Source of the DNA: Planctomycetota bacterium
GTDB lineage: Bacteria; Planctomycetota; UBA11346
Reading direction: 5' to 3'
Assembly: GCA_038231435.1 (NCBI GenBank)
Contig: JBBRLJ010000009.1
Coordinates: 1-64,000 of the forward strand
Length of the DNA: 64,000 nucleotides
Position 1 is the first letter of the stretch. Each line of letters starts with the position of its first letter. This document shows, piece after piece, positions 38,341 to 49,854 of this stretch. A program made the position numbers and the translations under genes. Below the pieces are notes generated by a model. The model did no database searches. It was not told the origin of the DNA and worked only from the letters and a program-made list of their open reading frames with translations.

Positions 38341-39214
38341 CGGGCGTCCCTGCGGCCTCATGCGGATCTCCATCAGGAGGAGCCGGGGGCGGGATGGTCT
38401 TAGGCACCATGAAGCGGCTGGCAACCAGGCCGAGCTCGAAGAGTACCTGCATCGGGATGAACAACGCCGAAAGCGACACCAGATCGGCAGTCGGGGTGAT
38501 GCAGGCGGCGGCGATGAGGTTCGCCACGATCACGTAGCGCCGGGCCTTCGAGATCCTGGTCGGCGTCACCAGGCCGGTGCGCACCAGCACCATGACCAGC
38601 CAGGGGATGTCCATCACCAGACCGAATGCCACCGTCCAGAGGATGAAGTCATCGACGTACTCCGACTGTCTGAGCTGATAGACGGCGGTCTGGTCTCCCG
38701 CCGTGAACTGGATCAGCCAAGCGTAGAAATATGGCAGGCCGACGAAGTATCCCGCGATCGTGCCTGCGTAGAAGAATATCACGCCGAGGGGCACGAACAG
38801 GAACGCCAGGCGCCGCTCCTTCCAGGTCAGCCCGACGACGATGAACTGCCAGAGGTGATAGAGCAGCACCGGCAAAGCGATCGAGATGGCGGCGGCCATC
38901 GAGACCTTCACCGCGGTAGTGGTGCTCTCGGAGATGGACAGCACGGTCAAGCAGCGCATGGGGTGCTGCATGATCGAGTCGAACTGCGCCTTGTCCTTCA
39001 CCAGCCCGACCGCCATGGCGTCGTCGAGGCCGACGATCTGCACCGCGCGCTTGAGCGGCCACACCATCACCTGCTTGGCCTGGTTCTGGTAGGCGAAGCA
39101 CACGAGGAAGATGATGCCGATGCAGATCAGCGGCCACTTCAGGCGGCGGCGCAGCTCGTGCAGGTGGTCGCCCAGCCCCATCGGGACATCGAGCATGCTC
39201 GGCATCCACGCCAT
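38333..39214 (-). CDS. tatC: Twin-arginine translocase TatC
   Basis: MGLGDHLHELRRRL, WQFIVVGL..KERR, ITPTAD. Confidence 0.9.
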   Translation of the reverse strand: MAWMPSMLDVPMGLGDHLHELRRRLKWPLICIGIIFLVCFAYQNQAKQVMVWPLKRAVQIVGLDDAMAVGLVKDKAQFDSIMQHPMRCLTVLSISESTTTAVKVSMAAAISIALPVLLYHLWQFIVVGLTWKERRLAFLFVPLGVIFFYAGTIAGYFVGLPYFYAWLIQFTAGDQTAVYQLRQSEYVDDFILWTVAFGLVMDIPWLVMVLVRTGLVTPTRISKARRYVIVANLIAAACITPTADLVSLSALFIPMQVLFELGLVASRFMVPKTIPPPAPPDGDPHEAAGTPDV

Positions 39215-39220
39215 GCGGAC

Positions 39221-40102
39221 TCAGCGCTCGACCGAGCGACCAGCCGGGCGGTCGGCAGGGCGATCGGCAGGACAAGCGACGTGATTGCCGGCCCGATGTA
39301 CCGCCGCCGCGAGCACGCCCGCGCGAGCGGCGACGATCGCGACCAGCCCCGCCTCCGTTCCGTGCTTCTCGACCAGACGCACCAGATGGCTGCCGACGAT
39401 CACGCCGTCGCCGTGGCTCGCGGCAAGTGCCGCCTGTTCCGGGGTCGAGATGCCGAAACCGATGCATACCGGTGCGTCGGACACCGCCTTCAACGCGGCG
39501 ACTTGTGAGGCGAGATCGGCCGGAAGCTCGGCGCGTTCGCCGGTGACGCCGACCCGGCAGACGTAGTAGAGGAAACCGCGGCTTTCGCGTGCGAGCATCT
39601 TCTTGCGCTTCAGCGGCGTGGTCGGCGCCGCGAGGCACACGTTGGCGATGCCCGCCGAGCGCATGGCGAGCAGGAAATCGGCGCCTTCCTCGGGAGGAAG
39701 ATCGAGCGGCAGGATGCCGTCGACGCCGGCGTCGGCGGCCTCGTGGGCGAACTGCTCGAGGCCGAAGGCAAGGACCGGATTCAGGTAGGTGAAGAACAGC
39801 AGCGGCACCTGGCTGCGCATGCGGATGCGCCTGACCACCCCGAGTACGCCAGCAACGGTGGTGCCGGCCGCGAGCGAGCGCTCGCAGGCCGCCTGGTTGG
39901 CGGGCCCATCGGCCATCGGATCAGAATAGGGGATGCCGAGCTCGATGATGTCCACCCCGGCCTCGGCCATCGCCACCACCAGTTCGACGGTGGCGTCGAG
40001 ATGCGGATCGCCGGCGCAGATGTAGGCGATGAAGGCCTTTTTTCCGTCGCCACGCAGCCTGGCGAAGCACGCCGCGATCCGGTTGGATGGTGCGTCCGTC
40101 AT
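39221..40102 (-). CDS. trpA: Tryptophan synthase alpha chain
   Basis: ELGIPYSDPMADGP, DLPPEE, GVTG, GFGIS, DGVIVGS. Confidence 0.95.
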   Translation of the reverse strand: MTDAPSNRIAACFARLRGDGKKAFIAYICAGDPHLDATVELVVAMAEAGVDIIELGIPYSDPMADGPANQAACERSLAAGTTVAGVLGVVRRIRMRSQVPLLFFTYLNPVLAFGLEQFAHEAADAGVDGILPLDLPPEEGADFLLAMRSAGIANVCLAAPTTPLKRKKMLARESRGFLYYVCRVGVTGERAELPADLASQVAALKAVSDAPVCIGFGISTPEQAALAASHGDGVIVGSHLVRLVEKHGTEAGLVAIVAARAGVLAAAVHRAGNHVACPADRPADRPAGRSVER

Positions 40103-40244
40103 CCGTCGGCCGTCTTCCGTCGTCGCTGAGGGCCCTATCCGGCGTGTGCGTTTGGCGAGTGGCTTCATCGAGCGGATCGATCGGAAAGCAGGCACGATCC
40201 ATGCACCACCAGACGACGGACGACTTCCTCTTCGGGACCAGCAC

Positions 40245-41456
40245 TCATAGCTCGATGCCTTCCTTGCGCGCCACCTCGGCCACGTCCTTGTCGCCACGTC
40301 CGGAGACGTTGACGATGATGATGCCGTTCTTCTTCACGCGCTCGGCAGCCTGCTCGAGCACGCCGATGGCGTGTGCGGATTCGAGCGCCGGGATGATGCC
40401 TTCGGTTTCGGCCAGCAGGTGCAGACCCTTGAGCGCCTGGTCGTCGGAGCAACGCACGTATTCGGCGCGGTTCAGGTCGCGCAGCCACGCGTGCTCGGGT
40501 CCGATCGAGGCGTAGTCGAGCCCGGCGCTGATCGAATGCGTGCCCACCACCTGACCATCGGCGTTCTGCAGCACATAGCTCGCCATGCCCTGGAAGATGC
40601 CGAAGCTGCCGCCGTCGAAGCGCGCCGCATGTTCGCCGAGCTTGTCCCCCGTGCCGCCGGCCTCGGCGCCGAGCAGCTTGACCCGCTTGTCCTTGATGAA
40701 GGGATGGAAGAGCCCAATCGAGTTCGAGCCACCGCCGACGCACGCGAGCAGCAGATCGGGCAGCCGGCCTTCGGCCTTGAGGATCTGCGTGCGCGCTTCG
40801 CGGCCGATCACACTCTGGAAATCGCGCACCATCATCGGGTATGGATGCGGTCCGAGCGCGGAGCCGAGGATGTAGTGGGTGCGCTCGACGTTGGTCACCC
40901 AATCGCGCAGCGCCTCGTTCACCGCGTCCTTCAGCGTCTTCGTGCCGCTGTCGACTCCGATCACCTCGGCGCCGAGCAGCTTCATGCGGAACACGTTCGG
41001 GCGTTGCCGGCGCATGTCCTCGGTGCCCATGTAGACGCGGCAATCGAGCCCCAGCAGCGCGCAGGCGGTCGCGGTGGCCACACCATGCTGGCCCGCGCCG
41101 GTCTCGGCGATGATGCGTTTCTTGCCGAGCTCGAGTGCCAGCAGCCCCTGGCCGATGGCATTGTTGATCTTGTGCGCGCCGGTGTGGCAGAGGTCCTCGC
41201 GCTTGAGCCAGATGCGCCGGCCATAGCGCTTCGAGAGGTTGGCCGCGAAGGTCAGCGGAGTCGGCCGTCCGACGAATTCCGCGAGCAGCCGCTTGAACCG
41301 TTTCTGGAACGTCGGGCTCTTGCGCGCTTTCGCATACGCCGTGGTGATCTCATCGAGCGCCGGGATCAGCGTCTCCGGCACATACCGCCCACCATAGCGC
41401 CCGAATCGCCCCCGCGCATCCGGCACCACGCTCCCGAGACCTGCTGTTCCACCCAT
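40245..41456 (-). CDS. trpB: Tryptophan synthase beta chain
   Basis: [40 protein letters not shown]. Confidence 0.96.
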   Translation of the reverse strand: MGGTAGLGSVVPDARGRFGRYGGRYVPETLIPALDEITTAYAKARKSPTFQKRFKRLLAEFVGRPTPLTFAANLSKRYGRRIWLKREDLCHTGAHKINNAIGQGLLALELGKKRIIAETGAGQHGVATATACALLGLDCRVYMGTEDMRRQRPNVFRMKLLGAEVIGVDSGTKTLKDAVNEALRDWVTNVERTHYILGSALGPHPYPMMVRDFQSVIGREARTQILKAEGRLPDLLLACVGGGSNSIGLFHPFIKDKRVKLLGAEAGGTGDKLGEHAARFDGGSFGIFQGMASYVLQNADGQVVGTHSISAGLDYASIGPEHAWLRDLNRAEYVRCSDDQALKGLHLLAETEGIIPALESAHAIGVLEQAAERVKKNGIIIVNVSGRGDKDVAEVARKEGIEL

Positions 41457-41565
41457 GGTGCGCCCATCCTCCGCCCACTTCCCCGGAAGCAAACACGGCA
41501 CCCAACTGACTCAGAATGCGTATCGCCCCGACTGTCTGGCTCCCTAAACCCTCCCCTCTCCCTGT

Positions 41566-41674
41566 CTCCTGGGGGGCAGCGCGGAGCGCGATGTTGGGGG
41601 GCCGTAGCCCCCCAACTGACAGCAGCAGGCCGGAGGCCGATGTTGGGGGGCCGTAGCCCCCCAACCAAAAGCTA
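41566..41674. repeat. Tandem pair of REP-like palindromic elements (copies 3 and 4)
   Basis: 41566-41616 (GCGC variant) and 41625-41674 (GGCC variant), each with GTTGGGGGGCCGTAGCCCCCCAAC. Confidence 0.88.
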
Positions 41675-42268
41675 AAAGCGATACCCGATCCCGACCGACG
41701 CATCGAGGCCCTGGGCCTTGGCATCGAAGGCCGCGCCCCCCGCGGGGGCGTCGAGACTGAGCTTTTCGACGGTGAAGCCCGCGCTCACACCGAACTGGAA
41801 GTGCTTGGCCATGGTATGGTACCACCCCAGCTCTCCGAGCAGCACCTTGGTCTTGCCGTCCTTGCTGAAGGAGCTCATGGCATTGTGCGAGGTCTCGCCC
41901 AACCCGTACCCGACCGCCAGCTCGAGGTGATCCGTCGGTCCGGCGTAGTAGCCGATCCCGAGCAGGCCCACGCCCTCGAGCAGGTTGCGGGACACCGTGG
42001 GGCCAGCGTCGAGCTTGGCATCGAGGTTCGCGGCCCGGAAACGGATGCCGAGCACGATGCCGAAATCGCTCGCCGCGTCGACCACGTGCTGGTCCTTGTC
42101 CCCGAGATCCCCGCACATCAGGGTCAGCGAGGTGGCGACGCCGTTCGTGCAGGTCACCCCGCCCTGGAGGCGCAGGTCGGCGAAGGTGAGCTCGGATTCG
42201 GTCTCCGCCATGATGACGGGAGCGAACAGCGCGACGGCCGCGATGATCGGAAGGGCGCGCTGGTGCAT
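41672..42268 (-). CDS. Predicted outer-membrane beta-barrel protein
   Basis: Signal peptide, alternating beta strands, C-terminal GIGYRF signal. Confidence 0.65.
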   Translation of the reverse strand: MHQRALPIIAAVALFAPVIMAETESELTFADLRLQGGVTCTNGVATSLTLMCGDLGDKDQHVVDAASDFGIVLGIRFRAANLDAKLDAGPTVSRNLLEGVGLLGIGYYAGPTDHLELAVGYGLGETSHNAMSSFSKDGKTKVLLGELGWYHTMAKHFQFGVSAGFTVEKLSLDAPAGGAAFDAKAQGLDASVGIGYRF

Positions 42269-42400
42269 GGGCGGACGCTACCGGGGCATCGGGGCAGGTA
42301 AAGGCGAGGCGCGTCGACCGCACCGCGACCGCACACCAAGCCAAGCACCCTGCTAGCGTTTCGCCTGGAAGCACCAGGATGCGCGGCCACTGGAGACACC

Positions 42401-42838
42401 ATGGCCGAACGCCCTCAATCCTACGCGAACCACCGCCGCATCCAGCCCGTGCTCCATCTGGTGGTGACGCCCATCCTGATGGTCTACCTGGTGTCGACGA
42501 TCGTCTTCGCGGCGAAGGCCCCGTCCTACCCGACCATCCTCAATGCCGTCACCGCGCTGGCGCTGCTCCTGGGCGTGATCGGTGCGCGCTCGATGTCCCT
42601 CGTCGCGCAGGACCGCATCATCCGTCTGGAGATGCGCCTGCGCCTGGCCGAGGTCCTGCCAACCGAGCTCAAGTCGCGCATCCGCGAGCTGACGGTCGGC
42701 CAGCTGGTGGGGCTGCGCTTCGCCTCGGATGCCGAGCTGCCGGAGCTGGTCCGCCGCGTGTTCGCGGGCGAGCTCACGACCAACGAGCAGATCAAGAAGG
42801 CGATCAACAACTGGCAGGCGGACTGGCTCCGGGTCTGA
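42401..42838 (+). CDS. Membrane protein, DUF6526-like
   Basis: QSYANH, QDRIIRLE, QLVGLRFASDAEL, IKKAI.NWQAD.LRV. Confidence 0.7.
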   Translation: MAERPQSYANHRRIQPVLHLVVTPILMVYLVSTIVFAAKAPSYPTILNAVTALALLLGVIGARSMSLVAQDRIIRLEMRLRLAEVLPTELKSRIRELTVGQLVGLRFASDAELPELVRRVFAGELTTNEQIKKAINNWQADWLRV

Positions 42839-42880
42839 CACCTCGCCCGGCATGGTGCCGCCTGGTGCCGGAATAGACGC

Positions 42881-44821
42881 TCAGCCGCCGATGCCGATCT
42901 TGGCCACGCGCTCCTCGGTGCGCCGGACGCGGTCCCAGGCGCTCTTCACGACCTTGTCCTGCTCCGCCGCCGTGTGCGCCGCTGCGTAGCCGGGGATGAC
43001 CCGGCCGCCGCGCTCATCGTCGCGATGCTTGCTGTCCTGCACCAGGGCGGCGTTGACCCGTTCGATCTCGACCAGCCTGCGCATGCGCGCGTTGAAGTTG
43101 CTGTCCGGAAGGAAACGGTCCGCTAGCTCATTGGCGATCTCTGCGGAGCCGGGAATGGTCAGCGTGCCCTCGCGCTCGGACAGGAGCAGCCGGAGCGCGT
43201 AGCGCGTCAGCGCCTGGCCATAGAACTCGATGGCCTTGAGCCGTGATTCCTCGCGTAGGAAGTTCTTGCCGATGCCCTCGATGTCGGTCTCGAGATAGGC
43301 CGGTTTGACCTTCGTCACCGACGAGAGCCGATCGTATGCGTCCTGCACCAGACGCATGATGCGCGGACGCAGGACCTTATAGTCGATGTCGTGGCGGCGC
43401 GCATGGTCCCGACTCGCGAATTTCAGTTCGGTGCGTACCAGACCATAGGCGTTCGAGTACAGGCCCCAGGCCGGGATGATCTCGTTGTAGGCGCGCGGGA
43501 TGGTTTCCTCGTGCTCCTTCAGGGCCTCAGCGGGAATCGTGATCAGGCTGAACGGGAAACGAACCTTCTGCGGCAGCGTGCTCACGCCCATGCCGATCAC
43601 GGTGTACGGGGCTTCGCTGAAATCGGTGGGGAAGCGGATGGCGCAGCCGAGGCCGAAGAATGCCCCTTCGCCCGGCCAGATCTCCTGGTCGGGGGCGCGG
43701 CCGGTATGGTTGGAGCCGACCATGGCGCCGTACGCCACGTTGCCCTTGCCCTCGGGCCAGAATGCGGCGATCAGCAGGCTCTGATGATGAAAACCCACGA
43801 ACGGCCCGAGCAACGTCGCGGTGACCTCGCCCTTGGCGATGGTGGTGTTGGGGCCGATGGCGCTGCCCTCGATCGCGGCATGTTCGTCGGCGGCGCTATG
43901 CTCGAGCATCGCGCTGTGGCGGACGATGGCGTTGCCGGTGATCTTCACCCCCCACTGCAGCACCGAATCGGTCACCGCGCTGCCGCCCGAGACCTCGGTC
44001 GGCTCATCGAGGCTCGACAGCACCGCGACGTTGGTGACTTCCAAGGCGTTGTCGATGATCGCACCGCTGCCGATGTAGGCGTCGCGCACGCGTTCAGCAT
44101 GGCGCACGCGCGCCTTGCGGCGCACCCACGCCACGGGACTGGTGACGGTCTTCTGGTATCTGGCCACAGCCTCGCGCAGCGCTGCTTGTCCGGCCACGTC
44201 GCCGCGATCGCGAGCCGCCATCGCCAGCGAGTCCACCGTGCATTCGGCCCACAGCGGCACGTCGCGGCCGCCCGTTTCGCATGCCAGCGGCAGCGACTGG
44301 CCGCAGCCGAAGTAAGCCGCGCCCGAGCAGGTGATCGATCCGACATCGAAGAGCACTGCGTCACGCTCGACGATGAGGTTGGCGGCGAAGCGCACGTTCT
44401 CGAGCAGGCAGTCGTTCCCAACCTGGCAGGAGATGAGCGTGCAGTCGTAGATGCCAGCCGCGAGGGTGATGCCCGGCATCACCTCGACTTCGCCACCGAA
44501 GCGGCCGAGCACGCAGCGGCCCTTGAAGTGCGTGCGACGGACGCGGAAGCAGTCGAAATCCTGAGCGACCTGGACCTCGGCCCAGTCGGAGGCCCGACAT
44601 CCGCGGTCCTCCATGAGGGCGATCTCTTCACGAGTGAGGTCGCGCAGCAGCAAACCGAGAACGTTGTCGCGCCGCTTGGCCACCTGCTTGGATGCGTCGG
44701 CGAGCTCGGAGCGCTCGCCGATCTGCGCGGCGAGCTCGCTGAGCGTCCTGGGCTGATTGGGCGCCTTGAGCGCGACGTGGAGGTTGCTGTCCTTGGGATC
44801 GGGCAGGGGATTGCTGCTCAC
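42881..44821 (-). CDS. DUF4954-like left-handed beta-helix protein
   Basis: R.LT.EEI..ME.RGC.A.DW N-terminus, hexapeptide-like repeats, GPFVGFHHQSLLIA, GSNHTG. GTG start estimated. Confidence 0.7.
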   Translation of the reverse strand: MSSNPLPDPKDSNLHVALKAPNQPRTLSELAAQIGERSELADASKQVAKRRDNVLGLLLRDLTREEIALMEDRGCRASDWAEVQVAQDFDCFRVRRTHFKGRCVLGRFGGEVEVMPGITLAAGIYDCTLISCQVGNDCLLENVRFAANLIVERDAVLFDVGSITCSGAAYFGCGQSLPLACETGGRDVPLWAECTVDSLAMAARDRGDVAGQAALREAVARYQKTVTSPVAWVRRKARVRHAERVRDAYIGSGAIIDNALEVTNVAVLSSLDEPTEVSGGSAVTDSVLQWGVKITGNAIVRHSAMLEHSAADEHAAIEGSAIGPNTTIAKGEVTATLLGPFVGFHHQSLLIAAFWPEGKGNVAYGAMVGSNHTGRAPDQEIWPGEGAFFGLGCAIRFPTDFSEAPYTVIGMGVSTLPQKVRFPFSLITIPAEALKEHEETIPRAYNEIIPAWGLYSNAYGLVRTELKFASRDHARRHDIDYKVLRPRIMRLVQDAYDRLSSVTKVKPAYLETDIEGIGKNFLREESRLKAIEFYGQALTRYALRLLLSEREGTLTIPGSAEIANELADRFLPDSNFNARMRRLVEIERVNAALVQDSKHRDDERGGRVIPGYAAAHTAAEQDKVVKSAWDRVRRTEERVAKIGIGG

Positions 44822-44897
44822 AAGACGGCTCCATGGCGAGCGATCGGGCCAGACGACGGGAGACCGGCGGCCGGAAGGTGACGATGCATCGAGGCCA

Positions 44898-45665
44898 CTA
44901 TTCGGCTTCCGCCATCTCGAGGTGCTCCGGGTCGAGCTTGGACGCGGCATCGCGGTCGACGACGATGGTGAGATGCTTGTGGCCGGTGAGCAGGCTGGCG
45001 GGCAGGCCTGGGCCGACCTTGCCCTCGACCATGCGGCGCAGGGATTCGGCCTTGCCCAATCCGGTGACCGCCAGCAACACGGACCGCGACTCGAGGATGG
45101 TCGCGACGCCCATCGAGATGGCGCGCGATGGGGTGGTTTCGAGGTTACGGAAGCGTTCGCCTCCGGAGATCGCGGCCAGGGTCGACGGCGTGAGATCGAC
45201 GAGGCGAGTGCGGCTCTTGGGCGAGCTTCCCGGCTCGTTCAGTCCGACGTGGCCATTGTGGCCGAGGCCAAGCAGGACCAGGTCGATGCCGCCGCGCGCC
45301 TCGATGAGCAGATCGTAGGCCTTGCACTCCGCCTCGACATCGAGCGCGTCGCCGCGTGGGACGTAGGTCTCCTCGCGGGGTATGTCGACTTGGCGAAACA
45401 GGTGCCGGTTCATGATCGCGCGGGTGCTGCGGCGGTCTTCCGGGCGCAGGCCCACGTATTCGTCGGTATTGAAGGTGGACACGTGCGCGAACGAGAAGCC
45501 GCCGCGCTCGTGGTAGCGGCTGACCAGCTCATCATAGGCCACCAGGCTGGTCCGCCCCGCGGACAGGCCGAGATTGAGGCGCGGATTCTTGGTGATGGCG
45601 GCGGCCAGCATGCCGGCGATGAGGTCACCAGAAGCCTCGCGATTCTCGCAGACGATGATCTTCAT
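44898..45665 (-). CDS. nagB: Glucosamine-6-phosphate deaminase
   Basis: FNTDEYVGL, GLGHNGHVGLNEPG, AISMGVATI, PASLL..H. Confidence 0.85.
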   Translation of the reverse strand: MKIIVCENREASGDLIAGMLAAAITKNPRLNLGLSAGRTSLVAYDELVSRYHERGGFSFAHVSTFNTDEYVGLRPEDRRSTRAIMNRHLFRQVDIPREETYVPRGDALDVEAECKAYDLLIEARGGIDLVLLGLGHNGHVGLNEPGSSPKSRTRLVDLTPSTLAAISGGERFRNLETTPSRAISMGVATILESRSVLLAVTGLGKAESLRRMVEGKVGPGLPASLLTGHKHLTIVVDRDAASKLDPEHLEMAEAE

Positions 45666-45821
45666 GTGCTCCACCCCGCGAGTCCACCGGACCATCGCCC
45701 GCGGGCTACGGCCCGACGAGCACTTTCCAGGCCGCGTCCACTACGTCGTGGCCACAAGCGGCGCCAGCCTAGCGCCGCACCGACCCCCTGCCAGGCCTTT
45801 GGCTTACGACTTGCTCCCAAC

Positions 45822-45850
45822 GATTTCGCCGGCTCATCGCCGGCGAAATC
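45822..45850. terminator. Perfect 12-bp-stem hairpin downstream of gap (terminator or stabiliser)
   Basis: GATTTCGCCGGC-TCATC-GCCGGCGAAATC; no clear U-tract. Confidence 0.4.
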
Positions 45851-45910
45851 AAGTCCAGTACAACCATTGGCTGGGCCCACGGGCCGCCGTAGGGGCGGAG
45901 CCCCTGACTG

Positions 45911-46990
<1,080 letters not shown>

Positions 46991-47262
46991 CTAGTCCCAT
47001 GGGAATGAATGCAAGGCGGGCGGGGATATGCAGGGGCTTCGTTTTGCCCGTCGCCGACTGGTGTCGGATGGAGGCCATTCGTTGGATCGCCGGCGGCGGG
47101 ATGTGTCCGCGACAGCCCGCGGTATATCACCGCGCTCCAACGCCGCATCTCGCCTCGATCCGAAGTGGCTGCCGTGAACGATTACGTTTGGACGGTACCC
47201 GGGCCGCGCGCCGTCACCACGCGCCGATCATCGACACGCCAGACGCTTTCAAGCGGGCCGTT

Positions 47263-47700
47263 TCATAGGGGAAACGCCGCCTTCCCGACCTCGATCACGC
47301 CGCCGTCCGCCAGCGTCATGCGCACCCACACCACCGTGCCCGTCGCGAGCGGCAGCGGCGCGGAGAGGCGCACGTCGAAGCCGTCCGACATCCCCGGCAC
47401 CGGCAATGCCATGTAAGCGACCGCAGCGGGATCGAAATCGTCGCCGATCCAGCCGGCGACCGACACCGGCGCCGATTGGCCCGCGTCGGCCACGATCCAA
47501 AGGCGCACCGAGGTCATCCCGTCATCCGATCTGTCCATGAGGAAGGCTTGGACGGCGTAGCCGGGCACCGCGCGCTCGCCCAGCAGGCTGGCGACCGGCG
47601 GGTGCGAGTCCGGATCCCCGGAACCTCCACTGACGATGACTCCGCATCCGGGGAGGATGGCGAGTGCGGCGAGGATGACGATCCGGAGATGCGTGCCCAT
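47263..47700 (-). CDS. Hypothetical lipoprotein
   Basis: Lipobox LPGC after a hydrophobic leader. Confidence 0.55.
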   Translation of the reverse strand: MGTHLRIVILAALAILPGCGVIVSGGSGDPDSHPPVASLLGERAVPGYAVQAFLMDRSDDGMTSVRLWIVADAGQSAPVSVAGWIGDDFDPAAVAYMALPVPGMSDGFDVRLSAPLPLATGTVVWVRMTLADGGVIEVGKAAFPL

Positions 47701-47749
47701 GATGTGCTTCCCATGTAGGAGAATGAAGGGGCGGACCGCGGCGCTGGCG

Positions 47750-49648
47750 TCAACCACTGCCGCCTGGCGTCACCACCACACGATCGAAGACAGCGGTGCA
47801 GAGCACCCCGTTGTCGTGGCTCGTCACGGCCAAGCCGATCTGTACCGGATCGGTCAAGCTGATGGCCACCGATCCGACCGTCGACCAAGTCACCCCATCG
47901 GCCGATTCGTATCCGGTCACCAGCATCCCCCTGCGGACCATTTTCACCCATCGTGGGGCCGAGGCGCGTGAGCCGGCGGTATGCGATGAGGCGCCATCAG
48001 TCGTGATGCGCCGTTGGAACGCCGTCCCGTTGCCAGGGGTCACGCAACAGAACGCATGCTTCGCTCCGGCGGCGGTGCCTTGGCGGATCATCACTCCAGC
48101 CTTCGCCCATCCGTTCGTGTTCTGCACCGATACCACCCGCGCCACGATGCTGCCATCGCCGGTCAGCGGTTGCGAGGCAAACTGAAAGGCGTCGGCGGAG
48201 CCCCAGATGTCCGAGCCCGATCCCTTCAGCGTCCAAGTGCCACCTGACTGGCTCGTCGAGCCTGTCAGCCGCGTGCCGCCCACGTCGCGGGTGGTCCAAG
48301 CCGAGGCCGCAGTCACCGTGATCGACACCGTGGCGGTCGCGGAAGTCGCCGTTCCATCGTTGACGGTGAAGGTGAAATCGTCAGCGCCGGCATATCCAGC
48401 CGAAGGTGCATAGGTCCGGGAGTTTCCGCTGCCCGACAACGTTCCATGGGTAGGGTTGGCCACGATCGCGTAGGTGAGCGGATTGCCGTCCACATCGCTG
48501 CCGCTCAAGGTGATCGCCTTGGCGACGCCCGACGGGGTGGACACGCTCTGGGCATTGGCCACCGGCGGGTGGTTCACGGCGCCGTCGGTCGGCACAACCA
48601 GGGATAGCGCGGATCGCGGGGTGAAGGCCACCGGCCCCGTCGCGTTGAAGTGCATCTCCGGCTCCTGCCACGCGAGGTTGGTGCCGGCGTTTGGACCCCA
48701 ATGACAGGTCGAAGCGTAGGTGATGTTGGCGCTCTTGGTCGAGCCGTTATCGATGGCGCCGAAGATCAACCCATTGCTCGATGGAGTCCCACGGCCCTGC
48801 CAACTCGCCAGGCTCAGGTGATCCGCACGGCAATTGGTGAATACGATGTTCTGCGCACCGGCGGTCGAGAAGGCTCCGTTTCCGAAGTTGATGGCGTCGA
48901 CCTGATCGACGCTGCCACTGCTGGTGACGGAAGCCCCGTACCCCTCGAAGATGATGTTGTCGCCGAACGGACTGTTGTTCCCGTCGATGAGACCACGCGA
49001 GATCGACCAGCCGTTGGACTCGTAGATGTTGATGCAATCCTCTGTCCAGGCGATGTTGCGGTCGTTGACGATAGAGAAGTCGCTCAGTGAACCGTTCGGG
49101 GAATTGTCAGCTTGGATGAGTTGCCCGCGCGGAATCGGACCGCGCATGTCGTGGCCTTCGAGCCAGGTGATCGCCGGTCCATGTGAGCAGCCCACCATCC
49201 AGATTCCGGTGGAGCAGTTCTCCACCCGGACGTTGTTGATCTTGCCGCGCGCCGAACCCACGACGCAGATGCCGAGCATGCCTGGATTGGGGTTCTGTCC
49301 GCGCGCGGGCGCCGCCTTGCAGATGATATTGCAGGTGTCGATCGTGTAGTCGTCGGAACCGCCAGTGATCAGCACGCCATCGCCGAGTTGGTGCTTGATC
49401 AGGCAGTTCAGCAGCTTGCACCCCTTGTGGCCTGACAACGTCACCGCCGGCGTCGCGCTCCCGACGGGAACGACGATCGTCAGTCCCGAGATGGTCTGAT
49501 TGTCTGCGGTGAAGGATACAGGCCCCGATGTCGCGGCATCGGACACGGACGCGGTCGCGAGCAGCACGGCCCCGATGGCGCAACGCCACGCCGCTCCGGC
49601 GATGGACGGCGTTGGCGACGATGGCGGGAAAAGTCGAGGCGTGTGCAT
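47750..49648 (-). CDS. Secreted right-handed beta-helix protein with Ig/cadherin-like and C-terminal beta-sandwich (DUF1349-like) domains
   Basis: Signal peptide, parallel beta-helix repeats, NHPPVANAQSV...SDVDGNPLTY Ig-like module, GSDIWGSADAFQF...WAKAGVMIR module. Confidence 0.72.
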   Translation of the reverse strand: MHTPRLFPPSSPTPSIAGAAWRCAIGAVLLATASVSDAATSGPVSFTADNQTISGLTIVVPVGSATPAVTLSGHKGCKLLNCLIKHQLGDGVLITGGSDDYTIDTCNIICKAAPARGQNPNPGMLGICVVGSARGKINNVRVENCSTGIWMVGCSHGPAITWLEGHDMRGPIPRGQLIQADNSPNGSLSDFSIVNDRNIAWTEDCINIYESNGWSISRGLIDGNNSPFGDNIIFEGYGASVTSSGSVDQVDAINFGNGAFSTAGAQNIVFTNCRADHLSLASWQGRGTPSSNGLIFGAIDNGSTKSANITYASTCHWGPNAGTNLAWQEPEMHFNATGPVAFTPRSALSLVVPTDGAVNHPPVANAQSVSTPSGVAKAITLSGSDVDGNPLTYAIVANPTHGTLSGSGNSRTYAPSAGYAGADDFTFTVNDGTATSATATVSITVTAASAWTTRDVGGTRLTGSTSQSGGTWTLKGSGSDIWGSADAFQFASQPLTGDGSIVARVVSVQNTNGWAKAGVMIRQGTAAGAKHAFCCVTPGNGTAFQRRITTDGASSHTAGSRASAPRWVKMVRRGMLVTGYESADGVTWSTVGSVAISLTDPVQIGLAVTSHDNGVLCTAVFDRVVVTPGGSG

Positions 49649-49740
49649 GGAGGTATTCCTGTCTCCGGTGGGATCGGTATCCGTGTCCTGTCGGCCGGTC
49701 GGCGCATGTGACCGTGTTGCTGCGTCGCTTCCGTGCTTCT

Positions 49741-49768
49741 GTGATGCGTGATGCGTGATGCGTGATGA
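49741..49768. repeat. Heptamer tandem repeat (GTGATGC) x ~4
   Basis: gtgatgcgtgatgcgtgatgcgtgatga in the FecR-to-beta-helix junction. Confidence 0.65.
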
Positions 49769-49854
49769 CCAAATGAACCACGTGCTGTGCCGTACTGTGG
49801 AAACCTGAGCCATAGACCTGGAGCCCTCAACCCTGAGCCCCCGATCAGAGAGAA

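Noticed and set aside
40165..40248. Short [20 protein letters not shown]... overlapping the trpB stop (faint YbeY-like look; possible leader peptide)
   Set aside because: 27 aa, partly made of heptamer repeat, lacks the HxxxHxxxxxH motif and has no Trp codons.
41566..41674. Two palindromic repeats with a spacer as a possible mini CRISPR array
   Set aside because: Only two units, the intervening sequence is itself conserved in dispersed copies, and no cas genes are present.
45889..45908. GTAGGGGCGGAGCCCCTGAC after gap as a fifth copy of the REP-like family
   Set aside because: Similar G/C-run hairpin style but a different sequence; a single copy cannot be assigned to the family.
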